Source: a virus
Reading direction: 5' to 3' (one strand)
Virus record (IMG/VR): IMGVR_UViG_3300037424_000906
Span: 1 to 64,000 of that record
Length of the DNA: 64,000 nt
The position numbers and the translations under genes are program-made. The notes beneath the pieces were generated by a model. It saw only the letters and a program-made list of their open reading frames with translations. It was not told the DNA's origin and searched no databases. Positions 1-10,738 of the stretch are shown piece by piece (the first letter of the stretch is position 1; every line of letters starts with the position of its first letter).

Positions 1-223
1 CCCGCCCCGCGCCTGCCCAGCTCCGCCCGACAACCCGGCCCCGCCCAACGCCTTCCGTCCCGAATCGACTACCCGAATCGACTGCCCACGCCAACTCAGC
101 CCGGCCCCGGCCGACTCTTCCCGCCCCGGATCGACTACCCATCCCTCTCCTCCCCTGACCTGCTCTCCCCGGCCCGACAAGCCTTCACTTTCCGCCCCGG
201 ATCCCGCCATCCCATCCGACCAG
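1..223. repeat. Phased pentamer array (nCC-NN) split into units by CGAC-NN; candidate guide-RNA array for the adjacent Cas7-like gene; truncated by window start
   Basis: Manual parse gives 40 in-phase pentamers, all with C at position 3 (21 start CCC, 30 start NCC) and variable last two bases. Units end CGACAA/CGACTA/CGACTG/CGACCA at about 33, 71, 84, 137, 180, 222. Confidence 0.85.
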
Positions 224-239
224 CCAAGGAGAAATTCCA

Positions 240-908
240 GTGAGCGTGTTCGACAGCTTCAAAACCGAGATGTACCCGCACCGGTTCACCGGCCAGCTCA
301 CCGTCGGCGTCATTGCTGGGGGCACTCCGACCGATCCCAAGGTCGCCGAGGGCTGGCTCAAGACCAAGCTCGGCATCGACAAGGAAGACCTCATCCGCGA
401 GAAGGTCGCCGAGACCATGATCGAGCGCGGCATTACCGCCGATGAGGCCACCGCCATCGTTAGCGACCACAAGCACCTCAACGGCTTCAAGCGCGACCCC
501 GAGCGCGGCCTCTACATCGAGGGCCGCCAGCTCAAGGCCGCCCTCAAAGAAGCCGCCTCCGTTGCGGTTGCCGCCGGGAAGCTCACCTCCCGTGGCTGGG
601 GCAAGACGAACAAGGGCCTGCTTTCCTACCTCGCCGAGCACGTGTTCGTCGTCGAAGACCGCCTCTACCTCGGCGTCATCGAGCCGTCCGGCATCGCCCA
701 GCGATTCGTCCACACCTTCCGTGGCACCGGCATCCAGTACGAGGAGTACGTGGAGAAGGCGCAGATCGACTTCACGGTCATCGCCGACCACGACTTCACG
801 ACGAAGGAGTGGGCTGCGATCTGGACGTGCGGCGAGCAGAACGGCATCGGCGCTTCCCGCTCGCAGGGCTTCGGCCGCTACGAAGTCACCCGCTGGGACA
901 AGTCCTAG
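240..908 (+). CDS. Stand-alone Cas7/Csm3-like RAMP-superfamily protein
   Basis: LYIEGRQLKAALKEAA resembles the RAMP IPGSSLKGALR motif; C-terminal Gly-rich loop GIGASRSQGFGRYEV; 222 aa; RBS AAGGAG at 226-231. Confidence 0.8.
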   Translation: MSVFDSFKTEMYPHRFTGQLTVGVIAGGTPTDPKVAEGWLKTKLGIDKEDLIREKVAETMIERGITADEATAIVSDHKHLNGFKRDPERGLYIEGRQLKAALKEAASVAVAAGKLTSRGWGKTNKGLLSYLAEHVFVVEDRLYLGVIEPSGIAQRFVHTFRGTGIQYEEYVEKAQIDFTVIADHDFTTKEWAAIWTCGEQNGIGASRSQGFGRYEVTRWDKS

Positions 909-978
909 CCACGTTCCTAGCTCTTCCTCACAGTTCCGGCCTGCTTCTACGGCCGAGGTCACCCATCTACGGGTGGCT

Positions 979-1019
979 GGTGATCCGCCGCCCGACCTCC
1001 CCGGGGGCGGCGGGTCACC
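979..1019 (+). terminator. Long GC-rich hairpin after the RAMP gene (terminator-like)
   Basis: Arms GGTGATCCGCCGCCC and GGGCGGCGGGTCACC; no U-tract. Confidence 0.5.
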
Positions 1020-1098
1020 GATCAAGACGAACGAAGGCTCCGGGCGCTTACGACGCCTAGAGCCTCCGCATTACCGGAGTCAACGGAAATGAGGTCCG

Positions 1099-4000
1099 AT
1101 GAACACCGACATTCAGGGTAGCGCGTCGAACGTCGATGAGCTGCCAACCCTGACGCCCGAGGCACTGGCCTCGTCCCCCAGGTTCGCTGACCGCGACTGG
1201 CGTTCCGCCGACGGCCTGGACCTGTTCAACACCATCCGCGCCCGACTGGGTCTTGCCGCCGCCCAGGTCTTGTGGCTGGACGCCTGCGACATCTTCCACA
1301 CCGCGCAGGCTGCCGCCGACGTGGCACCGCTGGTGCTGCTCGTCGAGCACGACACGCGGAGCAGCGCGGTCTACACCTGCTACGACGATCACAAGGGCAA
1401 CCCGCTGACGTATCCGACCGCCCGACTGAAGTTGCTGTACGAGCGCAAGTCGCGGCCGGCGCGGTACGCCGACGGCACCCGGTACCTGCTGATCATGCCG
1501 GTCGTGAAGCGATGACCGATCTCGCCGAACGCTTCTGTCACCTGCCCGGTAAGCCGTACCAGACCGGTGCCGGCTGGACCGTCCGCTGTGCATGCGGCTG
1601 GGTCACCCCGTACGCCCAGCTGTCGGCACTCCTCGCGACCAACGAGTACACGGTTCTGCACCTCGGCGGTGCCCGATGACCGCCCAGTACGTGTACGTCG
1701 TCTGCCGTGGTGAGCACGGTGAGGGTCACGACCCGGTGTCGGTGCACGCCGACTACGACGATGCTGTTGCGTCCGTGGCTGAGGAGATCGGCGACCGGCC
1801 GATCCGGGTCGCGGCCAAGCACGTGTACGTGGTCGCGCTGTACGGCTGCGATGAGATCTGGATCTACGGCATGCCCGTACAGGGCGGTGCCCGATGAGCG
1901 TCCTGCCCGCCCGCCAGTACCTGGCCCTGTGCGTTGACCGGGCCATGGTCCACGCGACTGCCGGCGACTACCCGGCCGCGATCTCCTCGTTCACGCAGGA
2001 CGTTGCCCAGCACCCGCGCACCGCCTGGATCGCCGCGCACGACCTGACCGTGCCGTTGCTGCTCGTCGACTGCGGCGACCCGGTGCGGTTCCGTGCAGCC
2101 CTTGAGGCCTTCGTCGTCACGGATTCGCGGCGACGTTCCCGGCCCACCTCTCGTCACCTGATCGGAGCCTGACCATGGAGACCATCCCAATCCTGACCCC
2201 GGCCGTTTCGGACTACGGCCCGATCCTCGAAGCCCGGCACCCGTCCACCGGCAATGTTCTGGTCACGGCCCGGCGCTCGCACCTTGACCACGACGAGTGG
2301 ATCGGCTGGTGGGTGTCCGGTGGCGACATGTCCGAGGTCGTTGCCACGAAGGTGTCGGCCCGGCTGCTGCTGGTGGAGTTCGCGACGCATCTGCTGGCGG
2401 ATGCCTTGCGTGACTGCCCGGCGGGTGGCGCGTACGGGGCGCACAGCTTGGCGTGGCGTGAGGGTGCCGACGACTGCGACATGTGCGGTCGGGCGTCGTG
2501 GATGAGTGCGCTGACCGGTAGCTCCACCCGGATCGAGGTGTCGGCATGAGCGACCTCTACGCCGTCCGCGTCGCGCTGGAGCAGGGTCTCGGTGCCGCCG
2601 AAGCGCTGAGTACCTGGGTCACGAACCACAAGCCGCTCGCGCTGAACATCACACGCCGCCGGACCGAGGCCATCCGCGATGGTCTGCGCGCACTCGCCCG
2701 GCTGGAGCAGTCCAGCAAGCCGTGCGACCGCCCGCACATCGAGGTCGAGGTGGACTCCGGCTGCCGTTGCCACGTCGTGCGGATGCCGCCCTGCTCGTGG
2801 TGTGAGAACGGCGGTGAGCAGTCATGACCGTGTTCTCCGCGCACCAGTACCTCGTCGGTGGTCTCGTCACCCACGGCGGTGACATCGAGTGGCACATCGA
2901 CGAGCAGCCCGCCGGCTTGACCCGCGTGTGGGATGCCGAGGGTGAGGCGTGGGGTGAGTTCACCGACAGCATCGGCGTGCACTGGACGCCGGTTGACAGC
3001 GACGGCTGGCCGATCCCGGACCACCGCGAGGTGACGTGGGCGGAACTGCTCCAGGAGTGGGGCCCAGCCACCGACGAGGCTCCGACCGCCGAGCCGGTGG
3101 CGGCTACCCGTACGCCCTGCGATGCCGAGAGCCCGACCTGCTACGCGATGCCTGACGGCACCGTCTCCTGTCGCTGCATCATCTGCCACCGGTGCGGCAG
3201 GCACACGGGCAACAGCAACCAGGGTCACTACTGGGCGAGGTGCAAGGTCACCAAGACGATCCGCGACTTCCACTTCTGCTGCCCCGATGACTGCGAACTG
3301 GAGGCCAAAGCGGCTGCCGTCCGCGCTACCGCCGAAGTGCTGCTGTCCGAGACGCCCGGTGCGGGGCGGGACGGCGAGCTGTGACCGGCCTCGGCCTGCT
3401 CACGATCTGCGCCGTCGGCGCCTACTTCCTGATCTTCGCTCTGTACCGCTCACCGAAAGGAACCGACCAATGAGCACCACCGACCCGGTTGCGGCGTTCG
3501 TCGCGGCCTACAACACCGCCGAGTCCGAGCGTCTCGGTTACGCCTACAAGAGCGCACGGATCGTCGCTTCCGACGAGTCGCTGGTTGACGCCGTCGATGC
3601 GGTGCGCAGGCCATTGATCGCCGAACTTGGCGAGGCGAACGCGCGACTGCGTGCCGTCAGCACCGTGAAGTGCTGGACGGACGAGGACGGCAGGCGGTTC
3701 GTGTTCGCCAGCGACCTGCTTGCCGCCGTCGACCCGGAGGCTGCGGCTCTGGTCGCTCAGGCACGGCTTGCCGAGGCGACCCGATGAGCCCCGATTTCGT
3801 GGTCGGCATGGCCACCGGCATCCTCCTCAGTGCTGGTGGCGGCTGCCTGGCCCTCATCTTCACTGCCAAGCGTGACGCGCCGACCCCGGCCGAGGAACTC
3901 GCTGACACCCAGAACGCGCAGTGGCGTGCGGCCCGTCAGGCGGCTGGTCTCAGCTCCGAACTCGCGATGCCCGACGACATCCGGATCAGCATGGGTCGAC

Positions 4001-6393
4001 GCTTCCGGAACGCGGTCGTGGTGACGGCGCGCTGGGCGGGCCGGGCAGTCCGCTGGACGTGGACGCTGACCGCCCGGTTGGCCAGGCGTCTGGCCGCGCA
4101 GCTGCGTCGCCAGCCCGTGGTGATCCCGCCGTGGTCTGAGCACACAGACTTGGGGCCGGAAACCAACGAGCCCGAGACGGCACCCGAGGGCGAGCAGCAG
4201 CCGACCGTGCCCGAGCTGGAGCCGGTGATGGTTGTCATCCCGCCGTGGACCGACCGGCAGGGCGAGCGTCGGGCGCACGTGCCCGCGCATGCCGCCGCCG
4301 AGGTCGCCGCCCCGGTTGCTGAGCGTCGGGTGCTCGACTTCACCCTTGAGGTGCCGCCAGTCTTCGCCGGGCTGAAGAACGCGATGGAGATCCCGACCGG
4401 GCTCCTGCTCATCGTCCCGCCGAAGGTTGAGCCCGCCGGGGTGCTCGCCGAGCTCGCCGCCGAGGTCCGCGACGCCGTGACGGTCGGTGCCTGATGGCCG
4501 ACCTGAATCCGCCGATCGGTGCGCGCGTGCGCATCACCACCACCTGGCCGCAGGGCACCGTTGTTGCCCACGAGGGCATCTTCACCGGCTGGCACGAACC
4601 CGACTGGGAGTTGGACGGGCACTTCCGGACTCCGTACTCGGAGGCGGGATGGATGAACAGCTTCCGTAAGTCCGGGGAGGACCCGACGGTCACCGTCGAG
4701 ATCCTGGAACTGCCCGCGCCCGAGGAACCACCCAACGGCACCGTGCTGCAGGAGACCGGCACCGGCTGGGTGTGGCGGCACGACTACTCCGAGGAGTTCG
4801 GAGACAAGCACTGGTGGAGCGACGGCGACGACCAGGGCCACACCTGGACGGAAGTGTGCGACCGCTTGAAGGCGAGCTTTGTCGGCAGCTTCGTGCGCCT
4901 CGTGCCGGCTCCCGTAGTCAAGTTGCCGTGGTCGCTCGGCTCGTGCCAGATGACCGCCACGGTTGATGCGTCCGGCAACGGCTTCATCGACCTGACCGTG
5001 GGCAACGGGCCGTACACCGCCGACGAGGTGGAGCAGATTGCCGCCGCGTTGCTGTCCGCCGCCCGCGAGGTAGCCCGGTGAGCGCCCTCATCACCTTCGC
5101 CTGCGTCACACTCGCTGGCTGCGTGGTCGTCGGCATTGCCGCCGCTGTGGCCGGGAGCCGCAAGCAGCGCTCGACCGCACTCGCCGCACCACTGCTCTCC
5201 GACGACTACTACCCCGAGCCCGAAGAGCTGGTGCCGCCGAAGACCGGCAGCACCGTCCGCGAGTGGGGCGAGTACTTCGACGAGCAGAACCGCCGCCGCA
5301 AGCTTGACGCCCGGAAGGGGCAGCCGTGAACCTCCGCCTCAACCTCCGTGTTGCATGCGTCAGCCTTGCCCGCCGCTGGGCCGACAAGACCCTGCGCGAC
5401 GACATGGACCGCTACGACACCGAGAACATGGAACTGGCCACTGAACTCCTCGACGCCCGCGAGGAGCTGGAGTCCCAGGACGCCGGGCTCGCCGAGCAGG
5501 ACAAGCTGATCCGCAAGCTTCGCGACGAGAACTACGCCCTCCACGAGCGCTGTGCCGACCTCACCGACCGGGTTGAGGCGTACGAGCGGCGCGACGCGAC
5601 GGACAAGCGGCGGCCCCCGTACCTCACGCCCACCGTCGTCACGCTGGACGTGCACCCGGACCCGGCGGTGCAGCCGTGATCCGCGATCTGCTCCCTGACC
5701 TCGGCAGCGAGTCCGTACTCATCGCCGCCGCTGTCCTGCTTGCCGCCGGCTTCGGGCTCCTCGGCTTCGTCGTCCGCGATCTTGGAACACGCCGATGACC
5801 TTCCTCGTTGCCGCGCTCTTGGCTCTCCTCACCGCCGCCGTCTCGGTCGGCATCCGGCTTGCCAACCACAACGTGCGCTTGCTCGCCGAGCGGGAAACTG
5901 CCGACGCCCAGCGCATCGCCGACGCTAACTGGCTGCGGCAGTACGACGCGGACTTCAGCCCCGAGCGGCGGCTCGACCTCATGACCCGTGTCGCGAAGGG
6001 CGAGCCCCTCGTCGACATCTGGCTCTCGGATTGGAGCGACCTGTGAGCGACTGGAAAGACTCCCTCAACCGGGCGCTGCGCCCCGAGGTGCCGCAGGCTT
6101 CCGCCGAGCTGCTCGCGCGCCAGGAGCAGGTGACCCCGGCATGGATCGCAGACCGGGGCGTGGACTTCAGCGGCCTCCCCAGCTCGGAGGTTGTCAACCT
6201 CAAGTCACGGATCGGCTGCCTCCAAGTCGACCTCGCCAGCGTCCGCGCCGACCTCGCAAGGACGCAGGCCGAACTGAAGGCGCTGCGGGATCGGCCTGAG
6301 ACCCTGGCCGACGCCGAGTTGGCGCACCGGCAGGAGATGGCCCTAGACGTGGCGTTCAAGCGTCGCCAGGACCGCGACGAGGTGTGCCCGTGA
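1099..6393 (+). other. Run of about 15 translationally coupled small hypothetical phage genes (1099-1515, 1512-1679, 1676-1897, 1894-2172, 2175-2549, 2546-2827, 2824-3384, 3470-3787, 3784-4494, 4494-5081, 5078-5329, 5326-5679, 5795-6046, 6043-6393)
   Basis: ATGA/GTGA stop-start overlaps, one strand, GC3-rich codons; some have N-terminal hydrophobic segments. Confidence 0.7.
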
Positions 6394-7343
6394 GCGCCGT
6401 CCTGGTCCTGCCTGACACCGCAGACGAAGCCGACTGGCTCGCAGCCCGTCGCAAGGGCATCGGTGCGTCCGAGATCGCAGCCATCATGGGCCGCAGCCCC
6501 TACGACTCGCTCTTCAGCCTGTGGTGGAGAAAACGCATGGGCTGGGAGATCCCCGCCAACAACGAGATGTCCACGGGAACGTTCCTCGAACCAACCATCG
6601 CCGGCTGGTTCGCCAAGCACTACGCCTCACCCGAGAACCTGCACATCGACACTGCTGGCCTGTACCAACACGCCGACCGGCCCTGGCAGATGGCGACCCC
6701 GGACCGGCTCGTCTCCGCGATCGACAACTGCGGCGGCATCTGCGACGGCGGGCTCGTGCCAGACGAAGACAGCACCTTCTTCATCGAAGGGTTCAAGCCG
6801 TGCAGCGTGTGCGGGCGCTTCAAGCTGCTCCGGCTACTTGAGTGCAAGTGGGTCGCTTTCAGTTGGGATGGGTGGGGCGAAGAAGGCACCGACGATGTGC
6901 CCGTCCACTACCGCGACCAAGCGCTCTGGCAGCTCGACGTCATGGGCCTTGATGAGGTGGACCTCTGCGCCCTCGGCCCGGGCGGGTTCCGTGTCTACCG
7001 GGTACGTCGCGACGAGAAGGAACTCGTCGGCATGCGTGAGCGTGGGTGCCGGTTCATGGACAGCCTTGCTGCCGGCACCCCGCCCGACGTCGACGAGCAC
7101 TCCTCAACCCTGCCGATCCTGCGCCGGCTGCACGCCGACATCGAGGACCGCGAGCAGGAAATCCCCGCCCAGGTCGCGCAGGGCTGGCAGCGCGCCAAGA
7201 AGTTCAGCGACCTCGCGAAGCAGTTCGAGGCCAAGTACACCGCCTTGCTGCGTGCTCACCTCGGCGACGCCAAGACCGCCGTTCTCGCGGGCGAGAAGTT
7301 CGCCGCCCGCACCTCCAACGACCAGCTTCGGAGAACCAAATGA
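6390..7343 (+). CDS. YqaJ/lambda-exonuclease family recombination exonuclease
   Basis: WLAARRKGIGASEIAAIMGRSPY, ATPDR, LECK, YRDQALWQL motifs; adjacent to RecT. Confidence 0.9.
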   Translation: MSAVLVLPDTADEADWLAARRKGIGASEIAAIMGRSPYDSLFSLWWRKRMGWEIPANNEMSTGTFLEPTIAGWFAKHYASPENLHIDTAGLYQHADRPWQMATPDRLVSAIDNCGGICDGGLVPDEDSTFFIEGFKPCSVCGRFKLLRLLECKWVAFSWDGWGEEGTDDVPVHYRDQALWQLDVMGLDEVDLCALGPGGFRVYRVRRDEKELVGMRERGCRFMDSLAAGTPPDVDEHSSTLPILRRLHADIEDREQEIPAQVAQGWQRAKKFSDLAKQFEAKYTALLRAHLGDAKTAVLAGEKFAARTSNDQLRRTK

Positions 7344-8269
7344 CCGAGACCGCAGCCCCCGCAACCCCAACTCCGACCGCCGAAGTTGCCGTGCAGGACA
7401 CCACTCCCGCCGGGCTGATCAAGCAGTACACCAGTAGCTTCGCCGCCGTCCTGCCCAGCCACATCAAGGCCGAAACGTGGGTGCGTCTCGCCCAGGGCGC
7501 CCTCAAGAGAGGCAAGCGCATCACCGAGCGCGGCCCCGAGTTCGGCAAGTTCGAGCTCGAAGTTGCCGCCACCAACAATCCCGGCCTGTTCCTGGCCACG
7601 CTCCTCGACGCCGCCCGCTTGGGCTTGGAGCCGGGGACCGAGCTTTTCTATCTGACCCCCCGCAAGGTGAGGGGCAAGCTGGAGATCCTCGGCATCATCG
7701 GCTACCAGGGTCACATCGAGCTCATGTACCGGGGCGGCGGGGTGGTGTCCATCGTTGCCGAGGCCGTCTACAGCCGCGACCAGTTCGCGTTCCGGCCCGG
7801 CCGCGACAACGTCCCCCAGCATGACATCGACTGGGACTCCGACGACCGCGGCGAACTCCGGTTGGTGTACGCGTTCGCCCGCATGCGTGACGGGGCAACA
7901 AGCAAGGTCGTCGTCCTGAACAAGGCTGCGATTGCCCGGATCAAGATTTCGTCGGCCGGCTCCGGCTACGACTCCTCGCCGTGGAAGGTGCACGAGGAGT
8001 CCATGTGGGTGAAGAGCGCGGTTCGGCAGCTCCAGAAGTGGGTGCCGACCTCCGCCGAGTACCGGCGTGAGCAGCAGCGTGCTGATGCCGCGTTCGCCGA
8101 GCAGTTGACCGCCCAGGGCGTGAAGATCACCCCTGATGAGGTGCGGTCGATCCGCGAGGGCGGTTACGAGGCCGTGCTGGACGGGGAGATCGTCGACCAG
8201 GAGTTCGACGAAGAGGGCTGGCTGGCAACGCAGGACCCCGCGAACGAGCGCGTGGGCGGTGCCGCGTGA
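7340..8269 (+). CDS. recT: RecT-family single-strand annealing protein
   Basis: LDAARLGLEPG, IIGYQGHIELMYR, ESMWVKSAVRQLQKWVPTS motifs. Confidence 0.9.
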   Translation: MTETAAPATPTPTAEVAVQDTTPAGLIKQYTSSFAAVLPSHIKAETWVRLAQGALKRGKRITERGPEFGKFELEVAATNNPGLFLATLLDAARLGLEPGTELFYLTPRKVRGKLEILGIIGYQGHIELMYRGGGVVSIVAEAVYSRDQFAFRPGRDNVPQHDIDWDSDDRGELRLVYAFARMRDGATSKVVVLNKAAIARIKISSAGSGYDSSPWKVHEESMWVKSAVRQLQKWVPTSAEYRREQQRADAAFAEQLTAQGVKITPDEVRSIREGGYEAVLDGEIVDQEFDEEGWLATQDPANERVGGAA

Positions 8270-9402
8270 GCAGCAGCGTCATCACCCAGTACGCGGTTGC
8301 CAGCGCGGCCGGCGAGGTCGTGTCCCCGTGGTGGGAAGACACCCGCATGGGCACGTCGGAGAACCCGGTTGTGACCGCGTTCGCCCACGCCGAGCAGTGG
8401 CGTAAGGCCAACCATCTGTGGGACGACAGCTACCGGCTGGTGTCGCGGCAGGTCATCGTGTTCAGCGACCTCAAGGCGGTGTCGTCATGAGCGAACTGAC
8501 CTTGTTGCAGCGAGCCGAGATCCAGACCGCGTACCGCGAAGGCCTGCGCGCCGCCCTGGGTGCTCGCGATGTCGACTTTTTCAGCCACGCCCTGGGGGTC
8601 GCCACCGACCTTGCGTACCAGATGGGCATCGAGGCGGCAGGTGCCGGCGGTCGTACCGCCAATGAGCGCCCCTACCGCACCGGATACGCGTCTTGGGACT
8701 GGCGCGAGCAGCCCGACCTGACCCGTCTCGCCGTACTCGTCGCCGATCTGTCCGACGGCCGGGTGCATCTGCGCCAGGTGCGGACCGGCACCGACGAGTA
8801 CGCGGTGGTGGTCGCAGGCCGGCCGATGGACGACGACCAGGCGCGGTCGCTGTGGGAAGCCCTGTCCGAGGATGGGGAGATGCCGTGAGCGTCCAGGAGA
8901 TCACCGCCTACGCCATCGACTGTGACGGCGACCGCTGCACCAACCGGCTGACCGACGTCGAGGAAGGCGGCATCCTCGTCTTTCTCGAAGAAGAGCAGGC
9001 GCGGTCCCCGCTGGCCAGGTCTCAAGTTGCCCGGGCCGAGTGGTCCACCGTCGGCAGCCTGCACTTCTGTGAGGGCGATGACTGCCAGGCCGAGGCCCGA
9101 CGGGAGCGCGCCGCCCTGGCTGCCCGCGCCCCGCTGCCGGTCCTGCCCGGCCAGCTGGCCCTGATCGGTGAGGTCGCCGGGGTCCCCGTCACCTACGGGG
9201 AGGTGACCCGATGAGCTTTGACCCGCGCCTCACCGACGAAGAACGCGCCCGCCTGGCCCAGCTGCCGCGCGGCGACTGGGGATTGCGCAGGCAGGACCCC
9301 ATCGAGCGGGACGCCCACATCGGTGTGCTCATGCGCTGCGCCCAGCTGTGGCGTGACGGCATCCGGCTCGCACTACCGCAGATCCCCCGGGGCAGGCGTT
9401 AA
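8266..9402 (+). other. Four small hypothetical genes (8266-8490, 8487-8888, 8885-9214, 9211-9402)
   Basis: Coupled ORFs; the last uses a TAA supplied by the IS end. Confidence 0.65.
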
Positions 9403-9560
9403 CGCTTCCCCACGGATGAATCCGGGGGATTTCTGGCTCAGACCGCACCCGACCGACCGCCCCGAAGGGAGGTGATCGAATGTCTTACGTCGTCGGCACC
9501 AACACGGTCACGCTCTACCGTGGCGAGGATGACCCTCGCGGCGTTTCGGTCGCGGTCTGC
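9380..9560 (-). ncRNA. Predicted omegaRNA/reRNA overlapping the tnpB 3' end; guide from flanking CGCCTGCCCCGGGGGATC
   Basis: Inferred from standard TnpB architecture; boundaries approximate. Confidence 0.55.
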
Positions 9561-10738
9561 GGTGTGTCCGCAGTCTGCGCACCGGAAGATTCTCTGACTC
9601 AGTTCCAAGCGCATCTTGGCTCTCGAAAAACACTCGGAACAGGTCATCGTGGTGTAAGCGGGCGGAACCAGCACCACCTTCCGGCCCGCCCGCACACCAC
9701 GTTCGATGAGTTCACGCTTTGCCGCACCAACTGCGGCGTCGGCTGCTTTGCGGGCCATGCTCGACTTGGCCAGGAACGTCGGCTTGAAGTCCTCCACGGC
9801 AATGACGGCATGGTTATCGACCACGGACTTCGCCCACATGCGGGAGGCGTGGGCGTTCTGCCGGGCGGCTTTCTTGGCGAGCTTCGCGGCAGTGCGCTTC
9901 GCGTCCTCGTAGCCCCGGGACTGGGCGTTGCCCTTGGGTCTGCGCCTGCGGGACATCTTGCGTTGCGCTGCGGCAAGTTCGGCGGCGCAGCGGCGTCGGT
10001 ATCCGAGGTGCGGCAGGTCGTAGGCCGGGTCGGTGGTGGTCGCGGTGGTGCTGACACCCCAGTCGATACCGATGGAGCCGTCCGTCTCGGGTGCGTCCGT
10101 GATGTCGCGGCGGACCACGAACGACGCGTACCAGTGCCCGAGGGAATCCCGATAGACACGGACGCTGGTCGGGCTCGACGGCAACTCGCGCGACCAGACC
10201 ACGGGGATGCTCAGGCCGCCCGCGAGGCGCAGCCTGCCGTCACGGACTGCGAACCCGCGAAGCGTGTACTCAAGGCTGGGAAGAGTCTTCTTACGGGCCT
10301 TGAAAACAGGGCGTCCACGGCCTTTGACCTTGAAAGACTGCTGCAACGCCATGGTGTAGTTGCGCAGCATCTGCTGTTGGACGACCTGGGAGCCGTCGCG
10401 CAGCCAGCCGAGTTGGGCGCGCGCTGCGGTCAGCATTTTGGACAGGCCGCACAGGGTGGGCTTGTTGCCTTGTTTCTGCTGATGGACGGCTTCGTTCCAC
10501 AGAAACCGGCAGCGGTCCCACTCTTCTTCCAGCGCGGCATCCGCCGTCGCGCCGGGGCGCAAACGGTACGTGTATCGCACCGTTTCGTCCATGAATCCAA
10601 TATACAGGACCCTATTTCTTTCCAATCGCTGAGTAGGCCTTTGAAGTCGTCAAGCGTTACGTCGGGAACCAACGCAACACCTAAGGCACACCCTTACCTC
10701 CCCATGGCTGAAACCACGGGTATCTCGGGAGTTATTCG
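9399..10738 (-). mobile_element. IS200/IS605-family TnpB-only (IS1341-like) element, target motif TCAT
   Basis: Minus-strand left end: GATA then hairpin CCCGTGG-TTTCAG-CCATGGG, preceded by flanking TCAT. Right end: AAAT then hairpin CCCCCGGATTCATCCGTGGGG, ending TTAA. No tnpA present. Confidence 0.85.
9438..10592 (-). CDS. tnpB: TnpB RNA-guided endonuclease
   Basis: YTYRLRP N-terminus; RuvC motifs GIDWG, IAVEDF, DRDRNAA; CSEC/CADC zinc ribbon. TATATT lies 6 nt before the ATG at 10592 (possibly leaderless). Confidence 0.95.
   Translation of the reverse strand: MDETVRYTYRLRPGATADAALEEEWDRCRFLWNEAVHQQKQGNKPTLCGLSKMLTAARAQLGWLRDGSQVVQQQMLRNYTMALQQSFKVKGRGRPVFKARKKTLPSLEYTLRGFAVRDGRLRLAGGLSIPVVWSRELPSSPTSVRVYRDSLGHWYASFVVRRDITDAPETDGSIGIDWGVSTTATTTDPAYDLPHLGYRRRCAAELAAAQRKMSRRRRPKGNAQSRGYEDAKRTAAKLAKKAARQNAHASRMWAKSVVDNHAVIAVEDFKPTFLAKSSMARKAADAAVGAAKRELIERGVRAGRKVVLVPPAYTTMTCSECFSRAKMRLELSQRIFRCADCGHTADRDRNAARVILATVERDRVGADDVRHSITSLRGGRSGAV

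Noticed and set aside
1-223. CRISPR array or simple low-complexity DNA
   Set aside because: There are no 25-40 bp direct repeats with spacers, and the strict 5-nt phase with fixed punctuation is too ordered for random C-rich sequence.
909-950. Weak 10-nt TTCC periodicity after the RAMP gene
   Set aside because: Only 3-4 units; it does not follow the upstream pentamer grammar.
1665-1897. Repeated GGCGGTGCCCGATGA junctions (proteins ending GGAR/GGAA)
   Set aside because: Explained by an RBS embedded before ATGA overlaps.
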